Source of the DNA: an uncultured Clostridia bacterium | GTDB taxonomy: Bacteria; Bacillota; Clostridia; Oscillospirales; CAG-272 | Assembly: GCA_944392615.1 (NCBI GenBank) | Contig: CALXXF010000003.1 | Location: 12,191-76,190, forward strand | Reading direction: 5' to 3' | Length of the DNA: 64,000 bases | The notes under the pieces: model-generated | Seen by the model: the letters and a program-made list of their open reading frames with translations, nothing else | Database searches by the model: none | Told to the model about the DNA's origin: nothing | Part shown: positions 1-9,895 of the stretch, piece after piece | How positions within the stretch are numbered: the first letter of the stretch is position 1 | Layout: each line of letters begins with the position of its first letter | Translations under genes and position numbers: made by a program

Positions 1-174
1 ATCCGGCTTCTTCATCAGAGATTCTTACGTGCGATATATTTGCGAGGTTTTACAGTGCCGCCTGAATTGTGGCGACGCTTTCTTGATTGGCACCGACCCG
101 ATATACGGACAAATTGTAATAGATTTCAATTCACATGCATAGTTATTAACAGAAATGTTAAGGCGGTGTGTGTT

Positions 175-588
175 TTGAAAAATAACGGTTTGGTCATTCG
201 GGCGTTCTTTTCCGCACTTATGGGTCATTGCATAGCTATAGTTTTTATATTGGCAGCAGCTCTTGCCGTACTTTCTTTTGAGGACCCGTCATCCGGAAGC
301 GGTCCGATTGCAATAGCGGCTGTTGTAATTGGCGCACTGTTCTGCGGATTTTCCGCCAGACGCCTGAGTCTGGGCTTTGCCGGAGGAATTCTCAGCGGTG
401 TAATGTATGCAGCTCTTCCTTTTGTACTGTCGTTTTTCGGTGAGGCAGGACTTTCATCCGGTAAGCGGTGGCTGATGGCGGCATGTGCTGTAGTAATAGC
501 ATCAGCGGTATCTGCTCTTACTCCAAAGAAAAAGAGAACCAGTGTCGGAAAGCGCAAACGCAACCTGTATCGCAATGCGCGCCGGTGA
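175..588 (+). CDS. Small four-TM membrane protein (TIGR04086/YrzE-like)
   Basis: Hydrophobic helices with G-rich 'GALFCGFSARR..GFAGGILSG' pattern and a basic C-terminal tail; TTG start at 175 chosen after GGCGGTG (track ORF 40..588). Confidence 0.55.
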   Translation: MKNNGLVIRAFFSALMGHCIAIVFILAAALAVLSFEDPSSGSGPIAIAAVVIGALFCGFSARRLSLGFAGGILSGVMYAALPFVLSFFGEAGLSSGKRWLMAACAVVIASAVSALTPKKKRTSVGKRKRNLYRNARR

Positions 589-1412
589 AATGCATGTCTA
601 TCTGCTGATGAGGCCTTTCCAGTGCCATTTTAGGGCGATATTTTTAAGTGTCTTTTATTTTACCGTGCGTGAAATATTATATTGGCGTCGCTGAACGTTA
701 CATCGCGGGGCCGCTGTTTCTGAATCTGATGACGAAACTAATTCATCTGCCGGATGTCAAAGCCGTTGCTGTCAGGGCTTTTTTACCCGTAAATCTACGC
801 GGTGCCGCCGTGAAAATTGCGCTTCGCTATATGAGCAAGGCTTGTTCTGACTCTTTGCACGCGGGAAGCGAGGCGAGGCTGGCGGTCATATGTGACGTAT
901 CGGCGGCTGAATACGGCTTTGTGCCTGCGACAATGTCCGTTCAGAATCTGTTGGATCAAGAAAAGTGTAAACTTGTGGTTGACTGAATTGGCGTCCTTGA
1001 ATCTGCATCCGGAATGCATTGCACTCCAGACGCAAATGCACTGCCGGTTTGGCGTCAACCTTTGGGTGCTTTTTGGCTTTAATGACTGTGGCATGGTGCA
1101 ACCATAGGTTTACAACTCTGGCATCGCAGAGACTTTTGGCAGTAAATGTTTGAAACTTTTGCCGGAAATCTTGCAAAATGTGAATTTGTGTTCACGGAAT
1201 AACGACTTATAACATATGATCTGGTGGTATGCTACGCGGTACATACGGCACTATGTCTCATAAGAGCGCCGTGTGAGTCATCTAAAACAGCATTTATGTT
1301 GATCTGCACATCAGATTATCGCAGAAACACTTATCTGAAACGTTTATATATTTTGCGTGAATTCTGGATGCCCCGATACAAGCGGGCATCGGCAGTCATA
1401 TAAAGAAGGGAA

Positions 1413-2852
1413 GTGCAGGAAGTGATAATTGACGAGGAGAGAAAACTTGTTTTTTCCGAACAAACGAACCTGCTTGAACAGGCGGCATACAAGTATGAGC
1501 TTCAGGAGCGAGAGGAGCCGAATCTATACAGAAATCTTTTTGAATATGACTCAATCCCAAAGATATCCTTTAACCACAGGAACGTTCCTATAAACATGCC
1601 GAAGGAGATCTGGATAACCGATACGACCTTTCGCGATGGTCAACAGTCCACCTCGCCGTTTACCACAACGCAGATAGTAGACCTGTACAAGCTTCTGAAC
1701 AAGCTCGGAGGGCCGCGCGGTATAATCAGGCAAAGCGAATTTTTCGTTTATTCGCCTAAGGACCGAAGGGCGGTGGAGGAATGTCTTGCACTTGGGCTTG
1801 ATTTTCCGGAAATCACTACATGGATACGGGCAAGCGATAAGGATTTCGAGCTTGTCAGGGAAATAGGGATAAAAGAGACTGGCATTCTTGTATCATGCTC
1901 CGACTATCACATATATAAAAAAATGGGACTGACCCGGAAGAGCGCTCTTGAAAAATATTTGGGAATAGTGAAAAATGCCCTTGACCATGGAATAAAGCCG
2001 AGGTGTCACTTTGAGGATATAACGAGAGCGGATTTTTACGGCTTCGTGCTTCCTTTTGCGGAGGAGCTTGTTTCGCTCGGAGAAAAAGCAGGTGTGCCGA
2101 TAAAGATAAGAGCGTGCGATACAATGGGGTATGGCGTGTCTTTTCCGGGTACGGCTCTTCCGCGAAGTGTCCAGGGAATTATATATGGACTTCAGCACTA
2201 CGCTGGGGTGAGCTCTGAAATGCTTGAATGGCACGGTCACAACGATTTCTACAAATCGGTGAGCAATGCCTCTACCGCATGGCTTTACGGCTGTTCCGGG
2301 GTCAACTGCTCGCTTCTCGGTATAGGTGAGAGAACCGGAAACTGTCCGCTTGAAGCTATGGTAATAGAATATTGCTCGCTGAGAGGCACTTCTGACGGGA
2401 TGAATCTTCCTGTCATAACCGAAATTGCAAACTATTTTGAAAGAGAAATCGGATATGAAATACCGGCGCGCACGCCCTTTGTCGGAAGAAACTTCAACGT
2501 GACGAGAGCCGGTATTCACGCAGACGGTCTTTTAAAGGACGAAGAGATATACAATATATTCAATACCGCCAAACTGCTTAACAGACCTGCATCTGTGGCA
2601 GTGGATATGCACAGCGGTCTTGCAGGTATTGCTCACTGGATGAACAGCTATTTTTCGCTCTCTCCTGAGGAGTCTATCGGAAAGCAGCATCCCTCCATAG
2701 CGAAAATGAAGGAAATAATAGACGCTCAGTATTCGGACGGCAGGACCACTGTTATGGGTGATGACGAGCTTGTCAACATACTTTCTGATATAGATTTTGA
2801 GCTTTATGAAAAGCTTTCACACATACACATTCATAAAAATACCGGAAACTGA
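1413..2852 (+). CDS. Re-citrate synthase (DRE-TIM metallolyase, LeuA/homocitrate synthase superfamily)
   Basis: ITDTTFRDGQQS, CHFEDITRADFYGF, WHGHNDF, GIGERTGNCPLE and TRAGIHADGLLKDEEIYNIF closely resemble clostridial Re-citrate synthase as I recall it; no LeuA regulatory domain. Confidence 0.8.
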   Translation: MQEVIIDEERKLVFSEQTNLLEQAAYKYELQEREEPNLYRNLFEYDSIPKISFNHRNVPINMPKEIWITDTTFRDGQQSTSPFTTTQIVDLYKLLNKLGGPRGIIRQSEFFVYSPKDRRAVEECLALGLDFPEITTWIRASDKDFELVREIGIKETGILVSCSDYHIYKKMGLTRKSALEKYLGIVKNALDHGIKPRCHFEDITRADFYGFVLPFAEELVSLGEKAGVPIKIRACDTMGYGVSFPGTALPRSVQGIIYGLQHYAGVSSEMLEWHGHNDFYKSVSNASTAWLYGCSGVNCSLLGIGERTGNCPLEAMVIEYCSLRGTSDGMNLPVITEIANYFEREIGYEIPARTPFVGRNFNVTRAGIHADGLLKDEEIYNIFNTAKLLNRPASVAVDMHSGLAGIAHWMNSYFSLSPEESIGKQHPSIAKMKEIIDAQYSDGRTTVMGDDELVNILSDIDFELYEKLSHIHIHKNTGN

Positions 2853-3063
2853 TTATCACCGTGTGTCTGTTCTCATTTTTTTCTTTTGAGTGCATTGCTA
2901 TTACTTGCCGGAGCGCGTGGGGTTTGTTACTACGCAGGTGGTCTTGCAGATATTAGTATTCTTGCGGACGCATGGGCTCTTGCAGACATGCGGGAAAAAG
3001 CCGTGCCGAAAAACGCTGAGATCAACACCAGCTCACATAATTTGGATAAAAATAATATGAATA

Positions 3064-3099
3064 AAAAAATGCCGCCGGTTGATGCCGGCGGCATTTTTT
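3064..3099. terminator. Bidirectional intrinsic terminator
   Basis: AAAAAATGCCGCCGG-ttgatg-CCGGCGGCATTTTTT hairpin with A/T tails on both sides, between convergent genes. Confidence 0.85.
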
Positions 3100-3163
3100 C
3101 ACAGATTTGACTTTCGCACAAACTTTGCGGCTTAAGAACAACCGCAATACATGGCCTCAGATG

Positions 3164-4279
3164 TCAGTGTATAACGCACTTTTCAGTGTCTTTGTCAAAT
3201 ATATGGATTCTGGAGGCGTCTATAGCTACTTTTATCGTATCGCCGCTTCTTGCGGTTGAACGAGGAGAAACTCTTGCAGTAAGGCTGCAATCCTCGGTCG
3301 ATGTGAGATAGAGATATATCTCGGCGCCCATGAGCTCTGTGACGTCGACGACCGTTTCTATAGTAGAATCGGGATTGCTTTCTATGAAGGCTGCGTCATC
3401 CTTTATGCACTCAGAGCGTATGCCTGCAATGACTTCCTTGCCGATATAATCCTTAAGCGCAGGGTCATTTGCCTTTTCAGCGGGAAGTTTTACGTAGTTC
3501 TCTTCCCACTTTATGTAAACATCTCCGCCCTTGTCAACAAGAGTACAGTCGATAAAGTTCATCTGGGGGGTTCCTATGAAGCCCGCGACGAATTTGTTGC
3601 AGGGATAGTCGTAGAGGTTCTGAGGAGTGTCAACCTGCTGAATTAAACCGTCCTTCATGACCACTATCCTCGTAGCCATCGTCATAGCCTCTACCTGGTC
3701 ATGTGTAACGTATACGAATGTGGTTCCGAGTCTTTTGTGTATCTTCGTGAGCTCTGTTCTCATCGCGGCACGGAGCTTTGCGTCGAGGTTTGAAAGAGGC
3801 TCGTCGAGAAGGAAGACCTTCGGGTTACGGACTATTGCTCGTCCGAGCGCAACACGCTGCTTCTGACCACCGGAAAGCTGCTTCGGGCGTCTGTCAAGAA
3901 GGTGCGAGATGTCGAGAATCTTCGCCGCCTCTTCGACCTTACGCTTTATTTCCTCCTTTGGCACCTTGCGGAGCTTGAGTCCGAAAGCCATGTTGTCGAA
4001 CACGGTCATGTGAGGATAAAGGGCGTAGTTCTGGAACACCATCGCGATATCGCGGTCCTTGGGCGCGATGTCGTTTACAAGCCTGTCACCAATGAAAAGC
4101 TCACCCTCGGTGATCTCCTCAAGTCCTGCTATCATACGAAGTGTAGTGGTTTTTCCGCATCCTGAGGGGCCGACGAATATAATGAACTCCTTGTCCTTGA
4201 CTTCAAGGCAGAAATCGGAAACGGCGGTAACGCCTCCGGGATACTTTTTATACAGATGTCTGAAGGAAATACTAGCCAT
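3164..4279 (-). CDS. msmX: Multiple-sugar ABC transporter ATP-binding protein (MsmX/MsmK/UgpC family)
   Basis: Walker A GPSGCGKT, VFQNYALYPHM, LSGGQKQRVALGR, DEPLSNLDAKLR, C-terminal TOBE region; GGAGG RBS before ATG at 4279; no permease genes adjacent. Confidence 0.9.
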   Translation of the reverse strand: MASISFRHLYKKYPGGVTAVSDFCLEVKDKEFIIFVGPSGCGKTTTLRMIAGLEEITEGELFIGDRLVNDIAPKDRDIAMVFQNYALYPHMTVFDNMAFGLKLRKVPKEEIKRKVEEAAKILDISHLLDRRPKQLSGGQKQRVALGRAIVRNPKVFLLDEPLSNLDAKLRAAMRTELTKIHKRLGTTFVYVTHDQVEAMTMATRIVVMKDGLIQQVDTPQNLYDYPCNKFVAGFIGTPQMNFIDCTLVDKGGDVYIKWEENYVKLPAEKANDPALKDYIGKEVIAGIRSECIKDDAAFIESNPDSTIETVVDVTELMGAEIYLYLTSTEDCSLTARVSPRSTARSGDTIKVAIDASRIHIFDKDTEKCVIH

Positions 4280-4768
4280 GAACAGCCTCCTGAACATTTA
4301 TTTTTCGCTTTTATTCTAACAAAAAGGCGAGGAAATTTAAAGAGGCAAATCCCCGAATTTCAGGATACATATTTGTGCATGTTATACAAGCACAATTCGC
4401 TTTTTTCCTTATTGCAGCACAAAAAGCAAATGTTTCTCTTAATATATTAAAAATATAAGCAATTTTCCCTTTGCTATTTACAAAAAAAAAATTATATGAT
4501 ATCATACCCACGTATGCTGATGCGGCAGGATAATTTCCGGTTTATTTCCGCAGCGGCTCCGTCAGGGAGTCGGTCGGAGTCGCGCCGGGCACAGGGCAGA
4601 GATGCACACGCACGGTAAGCGCTCATGTATCAAAGCGCCGCTGTGGGCGTCACTTCGGCACATGTTTAACATGTTTAAGATGTGACTTTCGCAGCAATGC
4701 CGGCGCATAATGGCGATTGCGGTTTCAGACTGCGTATACACCTGAATCACGGTGAAAGGAGCATATGC

Positions 4769-5473
4769 GTGAGGATAGACAAATTTCTCTCTGGCGCCGC
4801 GGTGGCTTCCAGAAAGGAAGCGGCGCGCGCCGCAAAAAAAGGCGCCGTGCTTGTCAACGGAAAGGTGGTCAAAGACCTTTCTGTTCACATAGATCCGGAA
4901 AATGACCGGGTTATATATGATGGCAGGGCGGTGGAGTACAGAAAATACATCTACGTAATGCTCAACAAGCCTGCCGGATATGTTAGTTCAACAGATGATC
5001 CCGGAGCGCCTGTGGTTACCGAGCTTCTCCCGGAAAACCTGCAAAAAGCACAGCTTTTCCCGTGCGGGAGGCTTGACAAATATACTGTCGGGCTTATCAT
5101 TCTGACAAATGACGGAGGCGCTGCACATCGTATGCTCTCTCCGTCCCGTCATGTGAGCAAGACATACTATTTTGAGCTCTCAGACGCACTTTCAGACGAT
5201 GACAGGAAGAGACTTGAGGCTGGTGTCGACATAGGCGGCTACGTCACAAAACCATGCAGTATAGAGCTTATTACAGACAGGAGCGGAAACATAACAATAA
5301 CTGAGGGAAAGTACCATCAGATAAAGCGAATGGCAGAAAAGGCAGGAAACAGAATCACATTTCTCAGGCGCATTTCATTTGCTGGTATAGAGCTTGACGC
5401 AGGTCTTCCCGAGGGCAAGTGGCGGTATCTCAATGAAAGCGAGCTTGCTGTTATATCGGGGTATCTGTCCTGA
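4769..5473 (+). CDS. rsuA: 16S rRNA pseudouridine synthase (RsuA family)
   Basis: N-terminal S4 domain (RIDKFL), LNKPAGYVSS, catalytic GRLD, EGKYHQIKRM; AAGGAG RBS before GTG at 4769. Confidence 0.88.
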   Translation: MRIDKFLSGAAVASRKEAARAAKKGAVLVNGKVVKDLSVHIDPENDRVIYDGRAVEYRKYIYVMLNKPAGYVSSTDDPGAPVVTELLPENLQKAQLFPCGRLDKYTVGLIILTNDGGAAHRMLSPSRHVSKTYYFELSDALSDDDRKRLEAGVDIGGYVTKPCSIELITDRSGNITITEGKYHQIKRMAEKAGNRITFLRRISFAGIELDAGLPEGKWRYLNESELAVISGYLS

Positions 5474-5800
5474 TATATACGGATATGGGCGGTGATTACC
5501 GGAACAGAGCCTGTATTGCTTTCTCACATTCAGCATGCACTGAAATTTTACCATAAAACTCTGTCGAGGCTATTTGCAGAAAATAACAAAATCCGGAAGG
5601 ATGTTCATCAAACCTGCATTTAACCTGCATTCGCTGCTGACGCCTTTGGCTTTTTCGCCACTTTTCATACTGGGTAACTGTCTGAAATGGCGGGGGTAGT
5701 GTCCCGCGCTTCCGCACGTGAAAATCTTATACTTATATGTCATACACAATCATAAACACGATTTACAAATGGTACCGTGTTTCAGCGAAAGGAAAAACGA

Positions 5801-6553
5801 ATGAACAGGAAAATATCTTTTGTACTCTACGTCGTTCTTGCTGTAGTCGGACTTGCGATACTTGTCATGGCGGTGCTCTCCCCTTCTGTGGGCGGTGCTT
5901 TTTCCGGTATGCCGATAGTTATCGTTTTGTTCCTTCTTGCCGCCGCGATAGCAGTGTCTCTTATTGCCTTCAATCCCAAAAAGAATGCGTATTCCATAGG
6001 ATTCTACGTGCTCCATGTCGGAATAATCATGTTTCTCTTGGGAAGCTTTGTCTTTACCGTTGCCGGAGAGCGCGTGAATCTGTCCCTGATGGAGGGAGAC
6101 AAAACATATTATAATCAGGTGTCGGCAGGAGATGAAATAATCGACCTTGGGATAAATGTAAGGCTTGAGAATTTTACCGAGGAACTTTACGATGACGGAA
6201 ATCCGAAATATTATGAAGCAGTGCTCGGCTTTTATGACGGAAGCGAGCAGTTCAGTAAAAGTATTACGGTGAATCACCCGCTGTATGTCGGAGAATGGAA
6301 GATATATCTGATGGGTGTCAGCGAATCGGAATCCGGCGCTTCATATGTCTCGTTTCTGTTCAAAAAGGACGGTGCGGAGTTCCTTTCCACTTCCGGCATA
6401 ATTCTCACCATTGTCGGTACATTCTGCATGTGTATTCTTAAGCCGAGAGACAAGGTCAGATATGATAGAGTAACTGCAGCAGATAGTCCGGCGGCATCGG
6501 AAAGCCGACGCGGAAGTCAGAGCGCAGGCTCCGGAAAGAGAGGCAAAAAATGA
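5801..6553 (+). CDS. Cytochrome c biogenesis protein, ResB/CcsB-like (System II), compact form
   Basis: TM helices with GFYVLHVGII (conserved His), extracytoplasmic domain with ITVNHPLYVGEWKIYLMG, final TM; ATGA overlap with ccsA. Confidence 0.75.
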   Translation: MNRKISFVLYVVLAVVGLAILVMAVLSPSVGGAFSGMPIVIVLFLLAAAIAVSLIAFNPKKNAYSIGFYVLHVGIIMFLLGSFVFTVAGERVNLSLMEGDKTYYNQVSAGDEIIDLGINVRLENFTEELYDDGNPKYYEAVLGFYDGSEQFSKSITVNHPLYVGEWKIYLMGVSESESGASYVSFLFKKDGAEFLSTSGIILTIVGTFCMCILKPRDKVRYDRVTAADSPAASESRRGSQSAGSGKRGKK

Positions 6554-7338
6554 CAGATATTTCTCTCAGAATAATTTGCATAGTTACGGCGCTTGTATAT
6601 TATGCGTCGTTCATCTGCACTTTTTTCAAATCAAAATATTCGGGCAGGGTATCAGTAGGAATATGGATCGTTGCGGTTGCCATGAACGCTGTCATAGTCG
6701 GAAATAACTGGATAGTCAACGGATATATGCCGTTTGTAAGCATGTATCAGGTACTTACGTTTCTCAGTCTGACATTCGCCATTGTATACATATACGTCAG
6801 GTACATGCACAGCGGTGCGTTCATGCGCCGTTATTTCATAGTGGCGCAGGGCGTCATAATGACAGGCGTGTCGTGCATGGACCAGACTTCAGAATGGTCC
6901 TTCCCGCCTGCGCTCCAGTCTGCATATTTTATACCGCATGTTTTTTCCTATATGATATCGTACTCTCTGGTGGCTGTTGCAGCTATACTCTGTGTGGTGT
7001 CGATAGTCAAGGAACGCTCTGGAAACAGCAGTGAACTGCGAATTTACGAGTGGGGAATGTACAATCTTGTTTGCACGGCATTTCCGTTTATGGTTTGCGG
7101 CATGCTGCTCGGGGCTCTTTGGGCTAACGCATGCTGGGGAAATTACTGGTCATGGGATAACAAGGAAGTGTGGTCTCTGGTGACCACTCTTGCCCTCTGC
7201 GTGTATCTCCATTTCAGACGTTGTCCGTCTCTTAAAAAGTATTCAAAGTATTTCATAATTGCCGCGTTTGCTTTCGAAATAATTACCCTCTTCTTCGTGA
7301 ATATGTTCGGCGGTTCATCCGTTCATTCGTATAGTTAA
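6550..7338 (+). CDS. ccsA: Cytochrome c synthetase CcsA/ResC (System II heme lyase)
   Basis: WWD motif GALWANACWGNYWSWDNKEVWSL, flanking His in LQSAYFIPHV and YLHFR, multiple TM helices. Confidence 0.92.
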   Translation: MTDISLRIICIVTALVYYASFICTFFKSKYSGRVSVGIWIVAVAMNAVIVGNNWIVNGYMPFVSMYQVLTFLSLTFAIVYIYVRYMHSGAFMRRYFIVAQGVIMTGVSCMDQTSEWSFPPALQSAYFIPHVFSYMISYSLVAVAAILCVVSIVKERSGNSSELRIYEWGMYNLVCTAFPFMVCGMLLGALWANACWGNYWSWDNKEVWSLVTTLALCVYLHFRRCPSLKKYSKYFIIAAFAFEIITLFFVNMFGGSSVHSYS

Positions 7339-7622
7339 GTAGGAAAATGGATAAATACAAGCACTTTTTTGCCTGCCTGAGCAGATTTTATGTCGTAAAA
7401 TGTATAATATGCCTATAAAGCAAGCGCTGTTTCAATGTCGATTTATGCAATGTTTATTCGTATATTTGTAATTGCATTTAAAGCGATTTTGGAGTACTAT
7501 TAACATAGGTATGGACGTATCCTTGTTTTGCATAAAAAAAACACGGAATTATCCGGAGGGGTACTCTGTATAACACAAACACAAATACAAACACAAGACA
7601 CAAGAAACGGAGGATTTTTCTA

Positions 7623-9881
7623 ATGGCAAAAACCAGAAAGTGGCATGTTCTGCTTTGTGCTTTGCTCATTATTGTTGCCGTTATCACGCTCATGTTCGTG
7701 GCTACCTCGTGCAAGAAGAAGCCCGGCACGACAACGGATGACAGCACACAGGCAGTGCCCGGCGGTTCCTATGATCGCACGGACACGAGCGGCACTAAGG
7801 TAGACGCACTTGTTTCGGGCGGTGTGGTCGGAGATATGTCCGAATACACTTCCGTGAATGGCGTTGTCGTTCTTGGAAACAGCATATATGTTTCCGACGA
7901 GACGGGAAAGAGCATATACAAGCTCTCCATGAGCGGATCTGTTGAGAAGACTTACACCTCTGAGAACACTGTGAACAAGGTGGCGACCGACGGAGAGAAC
8001 ATATACTCTCTTGAAGGGGGACTCGCCGGCACCGTGGTGAAGCTCTCACCTGAGCTTGAAAAGCTCGGCAGTGCGCAGGCACAGCATACCCCGAATGACA
8101 TGGCGGTTTACAATGGCGTTGGGTACGTTCCCAACAGATTTTCAGGTACCGTCAGCGTGATCAAACTTTCCGACATGTCTGTGGTAAAGACGATCAGTGT
8201 AGACGGAAGAGAGCCTGCAGCCGTGGTGACTGTCGGCAACAATATATATGTTGCATGCCATCTTCCCGACGAGGCGTCCACAGAGGATGTAATGTCTGCC
8301 AATGTATGCATAATCTCTGCGCAGACCAATGAGATCACCAGGACGCTTGAGCTTGTCAACGGTTCCTCAGGAGTCAAGGATATATGCGTTGCGCCTGACG
8401 GAAAGACAGTTTACGTCGCTCACGTCATAGGAAGATATGCCTTCCCGACCACACAGCTCGACAGGGCATGGATCAACTCAAACGGCTTTTCCATAATTGA
8501 CACAGAGACCCAGAGCGTAAAGTGCGCGCTCCTTCTTGACGAAGTGGACTACGGTGCCGCAAACCCGTGGGGAATAACAGTCACCTCAGACGGAAAGTAT
8601 CTCTGCACCGCAATTTCCGGACTCAATCAGGTGATGGTAGTAAACATAAGCCGCATGAACACGCTGATCTCCAATGTCGAAAAGGGAAGGGGACTTGTGG
8701 ATTCTCTTGACCAGATAGTTGATTATCTGCCCTTCCTCAACGGTGCAAGGGAGAGAATTGAAGTCGGCGTAGGAGTGCGCGAAATATTTGAGTCGGACGG
8801 CAAGCTCTACTGCGGTCTTTACTTCGACGGTGCCATTGACGTAATAGACCTCGGCAGCAACGACGTCACAAGGCTTTCATTCACAGAACAGCCTGAGGCT
8901 TCCGATGTAAGGCTCGGTCAGATATACTGGAGCGACGCCAACAACTGCTACCAGAAGTGGCAGTCCTGCAATTCCTGCCATCCTGATGCCATAGTTGACG
9001 GCTTCAACTGGGATAACCTTAACGACGGTCTCGGAAATTCCAAGAGCGCAAAGTCAATGCTTTACGCTCACAGGACTCCTCCTGTAATGGTTACCGGTAT
9101 ACGTGCCAACGCTGAGATAGCAGTGGCGGCAGGTATGAAATTCATACAGTTCAACACCCTTTCGAGCGAAGATCTTGCCTACATAGACGAGTATCTCAAG
9201 ACACTTTATCCCATTGAATCACCTGCCCTCAATCGCGACGGGACGCTTTCCGCTGAAGCGGCAGACGGCGAAGCTCTCTTTGAGGCAAACTGCGCGTCCT
9301 GCCATCCCGCTCCTTTCTATACCGATATGAAAATGCACGATGTCGGTTCTGCAAAGCTCGACCGCGAGGACGGGAAATATGACACTCCTACCCTTCTTGA
9401 AGTCTGGAGGACAGGTCCGTATATGCACGACGGTTCACTCTATACGATAGAAGAGGTCGTCAGATTCTTTACCGACGACAAGCTCACCGATGCTCAGGTT
9501 ACCGCTCTTTCTGAGTACGTCAAGTCTATATGCGGAAAAGATGAGCTCTACGGCGTAGAGCAGGTCCGCGCTTCTCTCAATGACGAGGAAAGCTACAATA
9601 TTTACGTTGACGGCGCATCCGTATCTACGATAACTGTCAGAAATCAGAGTGAAAAATCTCCTGCAAGCGTCGTGGTTGCATTTAACGTCTATGACAGCAA
9701 CGGCAAACAGGTTTACTACTGTGATGCTGTAGTAAGCTCGGTAGCCTTTAATTCTACGGCGGTCATAACGCTCAAGCCTGCAGACGGCAAGGAAGTCGTT
9801 CTTCCTGAAGGCGGTTCATACGCCGTGACTATCTATGACAGCACAGGCAAACCCATTTCGTCTACTCTTACGATCAACTGA
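7623..9881 (+). CDS. Predicted lipoprotein: YncE/YVTN beta-propeller + di-heme cytochrome c (bCCP/MauG/HZS-gamma-like) + C-terminal beta-sandwich
   Basis: Signal peptide with lipobox-like VATS-C; propeller repeats (YVPNRFSGTVSVI, VAPDGKTVYVA, NPWGITVTSDGKYL); CNSCH (8967-8981) and CASCH (9291-9305); TPTLLEVWRTGPYMHDGS; GGAGG RBS. Confidence 0.8.
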   Translation: MAKTRKWHVLLCALLIIVAVITLMFVATSCKKKPGTTTDDSTQAVPGGSYDRTDTSGTKVDALVSGGVVGDMSEYTSVNGVVVLGNSIYVSDETGKSIYKLSMSGSVEKTYTSENTVNKVATDGENIYSLEGGLAGTVVKLSPELEKLGSAQAQHTPNDMAVYNGVGYVPNRFSGTVSVIKLSDMSVVKTISVDGREPAAVVTVGNNIYVACHLPDEASTEDVMSANVCIISAQTNEITRTLELVNGSSGVKDICVAPDGKTVYVAHVIGRYAFPTTQLDRAWINSNGFSIIDTETQSVKCALLLDEVDYGAANPWGITVTSDGKYLCTAISGLNQVMVVNISRMNTLISNVEKGRGLVDSLDQIVDYLPFLNGARERIEVGVGVREIFESDGKLYCGLYFDGAIDVIDLGSNDVTRLSFTEQPEASDVRLGQIYWSDANNCYQKWQSCNSCHPDAIVDGFNWDNLNDGLGNSKSAKSMLYAHRTPPVMVTGIRANAEIAVAAGMKFIQFNTLSSEDLAYIDEYLKTLYPIESPALNRDGTLSAEAADGEALFEANCASCHPAPFYTDMKMHDVGSAKLDREDGKYDTPTLLEVWRTGPYMHDGSLYTIEEVVRFFTDDKLTDAQVTALSEYVKSICGKDELYGVEQVRASLNDEESYNIYVDGASVSTITVRNQSEKSPASVVVAFNVYDSNGKQVYYCDAVVSSVAFNSTAVITLKPADGKEVVLPEGGSYAVTIYDSTGKPISSTLTIN

Positions 9882-9895
9882 GAAAGGAGCGTATC

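Noticed and set aside
648-1176. Short ORFs (648..986 +, 795..1094 -, 886..1176 -, 892..1107 +) in the gap before Re-citrate synthase
   Set aside because: Mutually overlapping, no clear RBS and no recognisable motifs; treated as non-coding.
1180-1195. GTGAA-N6-TTCAC palindrome as a Rex or CRP site
   Set aside because: Half-site spacing is 2 bp too long for either consensus and the outer bases do not match.
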